A stretch of 64,000 bases of DNA from Obrimoposthia wandeli (taxonomy: Eukaryota). The stretch is from positions 62,001 through 126,000 of the forward strand of contig CDROCS010000253.1 in the NCBI GenBank assembly GCA_977020255.1, written 5' to 3'. Positions 61,659 to 64,000 of the stretch are shown piece after piece. A program made the translations under genes and the position numbers. Positions within the stretch are counted from its first letter, which is position 1, and every line of letters starts with the position of its first letter. The notes below the pieces were generated by a model. That model saw only the letters and a list, made by a program, of their open reading frames with translations. It was not told where the DNA came from and did no database searches.

Positions 61659-62357
61659 ATGAATTTTTGGCTGCGAAACATTATCTTAGGACTTTTTCTT
61701 ACGGTATTGGCTTGGGGATTTTTTGCCAACCAAGACTTTTTGCTTTCTCTCGATGGCTCTTTAGCTAACGTTGAAGAAAATTCAATAAAAACCACTGAAG
61801 TGGTTATAGACTCAGCCCCACAAAAGGTTGAAAGTAAAAAGCCAATGTATCAACAAGGTAGAAGCTCAAGTAATGCGGCGGCAGATGGCTTATCCAAGTT
61901 TTATGCAAACCTACATGGCGATATGGAGGGAAAAGGCCCTAAAATTCGTAATAATATTGTTTACCTTCCGGATCCAAAAGGTGATTTAGCTAAGCTATTA
62001 CAAGCAAGAGAAATGACAGTTCGCCCCTATAAAGAAGATTGGCAAGGCAGTATTGAATCTAGACCTTTCAGGTTAGGGGAAACCTTAAACCAAAAGCTTG
62101 CAGAATACTCTGCAAAAGACGGTATTGATTTAATTTGGTGGTTAAACCGTGATTATGTGGTGAAGGATGCGTTTCGAATTGAAAAAAACCTTTTAAAAAC
62201 CACCTTTCAAGTAGCAAAAGCTATAGAAGGACATTTTGAATCAGGTCTTTCAGTCTTCTTTTGTAATCGTCAACGCTCGACTGTAGTCATTGAGAGTGCT
62301 CCTCATCCCTTTTTAGATAAGGAGTGTCTTCTACTTAAGAGTGAACAAGCGTATTAA
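61659..62357 (+). CDS. TcpQ-domain-like membrane-anchored protein
   Basis: NAAADGLSKFYA, LIWWLNRDYVVKDAF. Recognised from memory of toxin-coregulated pilus Q family proteins in Alteromonadales. Confidence 0.55.
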   Translation: MNFWLRNIILGLFLTVLAWGFFANQDFLLSLDGSLANVEENSIKTTEVVIDSAPQKVESKKPMYQQGRSSSNAAADGLSKFYANLHGDMEGKGPKIRNNIVYLPDPKGDLAKLLQAREMTVRPYKEDWQGSIESRPFRLGETLNQKLAEYSAKDGIDLIWWLNRDYVVKDAFRIEKNLLKTTFQVAKAIEGHFESGLSVFFCNRQRSTVVIESAPHPFLDKECLLLKSEQAY

Positions 62358-62405
62358 CCAACCTTATTCACTCTTTTGGTTAAGTATCTTTATTAATCAC
62401 CTTAG

Positions 62406-64000
62406 CTAATCAATTAAGCGTTTTTTCCAAATGCCTGTAATAACATCTTGTCCTGCTACGTTTTGCCTATCAATTAATTGCCCTGCATTTTGCATCGTTG
62501 CTTGATGACCTAAAGCTCTTAATTTTTGATACATATTACTTAGCTGTTGTTGTTCTGCCTTTGTTACTAAGTCCAATTTCAGTAAGCTTTTAAATATACC
62601 TAGATTGTCACATACCAGCATCAATTCTCTATGTTGTGTCGCGTGGGCAAGTACTAAAAATTGTGCAAGAAATTCAATATCAACTAACCCCCCTTTCCCC
62701 TGTTTAATATCAAAGAGCGATTCAGTTGATTTATCTAAATGACTACGCATTTTTTCCCGCATAGTAATGATATTGCTTTTGAGTTCGATAAATTCTCTTG
62801 GTTTAGATAAAACATCGTGTCGAATATCGATAAATTGTTGCTGAAGCTCTTCATTACCAAAAATCATTCGGGCTCTTACTAACGCTTGATGCTCCCATGT
62901 CCAAGCATCTTCATGTTGATACTGAGCAAAGGTAGTTAAATGTACTACCAATAAACCGGAGTTCCCTGACGGCCTTAAACGCATATCCAACTCATATAAT
63001 ATGCCGCTATTCATACGGGTGTTAAAAATATGCATAATTCGCTGAGCTAACTTCATATAAAACTGGCTTGCTGGTATTACTTTACTGCCGTCAGCTCTAC
63101 CCGTTGTGTCTTCACTTGCCTCACTATGATGGACGAATACTAAATCTAAGTCTGAGCTATAACCTAACTCTACCCCACCCGTTTTTCCGTAAGCAATAAC
63201 ACCAAAGCCTTTTTCCTTCTCGCCATCTAAGCAAGAAGTCGGAACACCAAAACGTTCACTAACTTGCTGCCATGCAAGGTTTATCACTTCCGAGACAATG
63301 GCCTCAGCCAAAGACGTTAAATGTTCACTGATTTTTGCTACTGGTAATACATCAGCAATTTCAGCGGCAGCAATGCGTAATTGCTGAGATTGTTTAAACT
63401 GACGCAAAGCCTCCATTTGTGCTTCAAGATCTTCTTCTGGAATTCTCAACATGCGCTCACGTAACTCTATCGCATAAGATGACAATTGTGGTGGGTTATG
63501 TAATAACTTGGGGTCAATAAGCTCATCAAGTAAAATAGGGTATTTAGCGATATAATCTGTCACCCAGCTACTTGCCTGGCATAAATGAATAAGTTGCTTT
63601 AACGCGCCTTCATTTTCAAAAAGTAGCTCCAGATAAGCAGTACGTGTCACTATTTTGCTAAAGACTTGTAATACTCTTGCTAAAACTTGTTCTGCCATCT
63701 CATTTTTTTGTAATCGACATAAAAGTAACGGGATTAATTTATCTAAAACCTGACGTCCTCTGTTACCTAAACTGCGTTTGCTAGTATCCTCTCTAAAATC
63801 ATGCAGTATTCGCCATATCTTACCACTTTGCCAACTAAGGGCCTCTTGCTCTAACCAAGCGATAGATTCTTCGTTACTCCAGCGACTATGCCAAAGCGTT
63901 ACCCAGTGTTCGTCTGCCGCTTGATGATTTGGGCTATCTAGTCCAATAAGCAAATCAAACTCTTGGTGAACACCATCCATATGTTTGGCTAATATAGCTA
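62406..64000 (-). CDS. glnE: Glutamine synthetase adenylyltransferase GlnE (3' part, runs off the window)
   Basis: YGKTGGVELGYSSDLDLVF, YELDMRLRPSGNSG, AWTWEHQALVRAR, GGLVDIEF. The frame stays open past 63980 to the window end. Confidence 0.95.
   Translation of the reverse strand, partial: AILAKHMDGVHQEFDLLIGLDSPNHQAADEHWVTLWHSRWSNEESIAWLEQEALSWQSGKIWRILHDFREDTSKRSLGNRGRQVLDKLIPLLLCRLQKNEMAEQVLARVLQVFSKIVTRTAYLELLFENEGALKQLIHLCQASSWVTDYIAKYPILLDELIDPKLLHNPPQLSSYAIELRERMLRIPEEDLEAQMEALRQFKQSQQLRIAAAEIADVLPVAKISEHLTSLAEAIVSEVINLAWQQVSERFGVPTSCLDGEKEKGFGVIAYGKTGGVELGYSSDLDLVFVHHSEASEDTTGRADGSKVIPASQFYMKLAQRIMHIFNTRMNSGILYELDMRLRPSGNSGLLVVHLTTFAQYQHEDAWTWEHQALVRARMIFGNEELQQQFIDIRHDVLSKPREFIELKSNIITMREKMRSHLDKSTESLFDIKQGKGGLVDIEFLAQFLVLAHATQHRELMLVCDNLGIFKSLLKLDLVTKAEQQQLSNMYQKLRALGHQATMQNAGQLIDRQNVAGQDVITGIWKKRLID

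Overview
64 kb of AT-rich gammaproteobacterial chromosome, most consistent with Colwellia or another Alteromonadales (inferred from gene content and order, not from a search). Core blocks are ygfZ(3')-slyD, recA, argP/argO, mutS, trmB-yggL-mutY-yggX, two identical inverted tRNA-Phe plus tRNA-Thr, parC, nudF-yqiB-cpdA-yqiA-parE, tolC, lpxL and glnE(3'). Accessory blocks: (i) after tRNA-Thr, about five tandem units built from decayed tRNA-Thr 3' halves plus a terminator, then SDR-AraC-SDR, orphan NirO/NirP/DnrO-like genes and an ERIC-like miniature element; (ii) a signalling locus with a 1683-aa double-sensor hybrid kinase, a REC-HD-GYP phosphodiesterase, a pseudoREC-REC-pseudokinase, a DAACS transporter fused to a binding-protein domain and a formylglutamate-amidohydrolase-like enzyme; (iii) TonB receptor plus exported phosphatase plus CadC/beta-propeller regulator; (iv) between parE and parC, an ArsR-less gapdh-arsJ arsenate-efflux pair behind a Pho box with canonical spacing, and an active/degenerate TPR-GGDEF pair. 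The best candidate for an undescribed system is phosphate-starvation (PhoB) control of gapdh-arsJ. Caveat: several short scrambled patches (about 15.2-15.8, 16.7-16.8, 17.0-17.1, 17.8, 42.1 and 44.3 kb), one breaking the essential parC, suggest local consensus errors, so broken genes may not be real pseudogenes. No CRISPR array, integrase, transposase or rRNA was seen. All family assignments come from motif recognition, not database searches.
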